From positions 1-45,055 of the IMG/VR virus record IMGVR_UViG_3300037515_000328: a stretch of DNA of 45,055 nucleotides. The stretch is one strand, 5' to 3'. The translations under genes and the position numbers were made by a program. This DNA is from a virus (Duplodnaviria; Caudoviricetes). The notes beneath the pieces are model-generated. The model saw only the letters and a list, made by a program, of their open reading frames with translations. It did not search any database and was not told the origin of the DNA. How positions within the stretch are numbered: the stretch's first letter is position 1; every line of letters begins with the position of its first letter. This document shows positions 44,575 through 45,055 of this stretch, in pieces.

Positions 44575-45055
44575 TTATATGTCAAATGCATTTGAAAATG
44601 CGTTACTGAATGCGCTCAATTGTTCTTTTTTGGGCCTTATCTTTAGAAACTCCCCTTTTGATTTCTGTCCCGTTTTATAAGTCAATCGGTTTAAAATATA
44701 ATTAGCCGCTTCTTCCTCAAAGTAATACAATTTTTTCAGATCTAAGGCCAAGATATCAGACAATGACAATGCCACTTCTATTTCATGCACCTTGGCGTCC
44801 TGTGCGAAATTAACGAAAGTCCCGTACTTTTGGAAAACAATGTCCCTAAATGTGTTCCCGTTTATGTTCGCCATCGGATAACCATTAACAGCATTGTCAG
44901 AAATGTATATGGTATGGTTTACTTCCTGTGCCTTGACAAAAAAGAACCGTCCCGACAAAAACTTGTACGTACCGATAAGGTCTCCCGTTGCTTCATCTTC
45001 CTTAACTTCCACCTCGAACATTGGCAATCGGGGGATCTTGTAGTCCGTTCCGTTG
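44575..45055 (-). CDS. Tail tip/hub-like protein, C-terminal part (ends ...FSNAFSNAFDI)
   Basis: In-frame continuation of 1533->1 via the 43-bp overlap. Confidence 0.8.
   Translation of the reverse strand, partial: NGTDYKIPRLPMFEVEVKEDEATGDLIGTYKFLSGRFFFVKAQEVNHTIYISDNAVNGYPMANINGNTFRDIVFQKYGTFVNFAQDAKVHEIEVALSLSDILALDLKKLYYFEEEAANYILNRLTYKTGQKSKGEFLKIRPKKEQLSAFSNAFSNAFDI
45013..45055. repeat. Terminal direct repeat / circular overlap, right copy
   Basis: 42/43 identity to bases 1-43; the mismatch is synonymous (CGC/CGA, Arg) in the spanning gene. Confidence 0.95.

Noticed and set aside
45013-45055. 43-bp repeat as a biological terminal repeat or att site
   Set aside because: It lies mid-gene with the frame continuing, so it is best explained as circular assembly overlap; the single mismatch is synonymous

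Overview
The window is an apparently complete, circularly permuted genome of a tailed dsDNA phage with siphovirus-like organisation. It is about 45,012 bp unique, because bases 1-43 repeat at 45013-45055 and one tail gene reads through the junction in frame. A Bacteroidota (probably Flavobacteriaceae) host is inferred from TTG-N18-20-TAnnTTTG promoters, A-rich non-Shine-Dalgarno translation starts and signal peptides with Gln at +1. Almost all genes lie on the minus strand. The early/replication arm (about 22900->6250) carries a pentapeptide-repeat protein, an SSAP-like protein, a PD-(D/E)XK nuclease-FtsK fusion, an HNH protein, a DnaA-C-like HTH, a YdaU-like initiator, a P-loop ATPase, an SF2 helicase, a DNA methyltransferase and many small ORFs. 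It is followed by terminase and tail genes across the junction, the tape measure protein and a two-domain glycosyltransferase. The late arm (38166->23932) carries ClpP-scaffold, major capsid, portal, two tube-like paralogues, fibre-like proteins and a lysis cassette. I recognised no integrase, CI-type repressor, DNA polymerase, tRNA, CRISPR array or reverse transcriptase. The most notable observations are: (1) four consecutive fibre/depolymerase-like late genes that all begin with Sec signal peptides; (2) a nuclease-FtsK motor fusion next to an SSAP; (3) a candidate ~90-nt antisense sRNA complementary to the shared start-codon region of several phage genes; (4) two attenuator-like leaders of the same design; (5) a twice-used module of a C-terminal FSxx(F/Y)SxxF motif followed by a gene with an N-terminal 'N..EIT...R..L' domain. 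All family calls come from motif recognition by eye; no searches were run.
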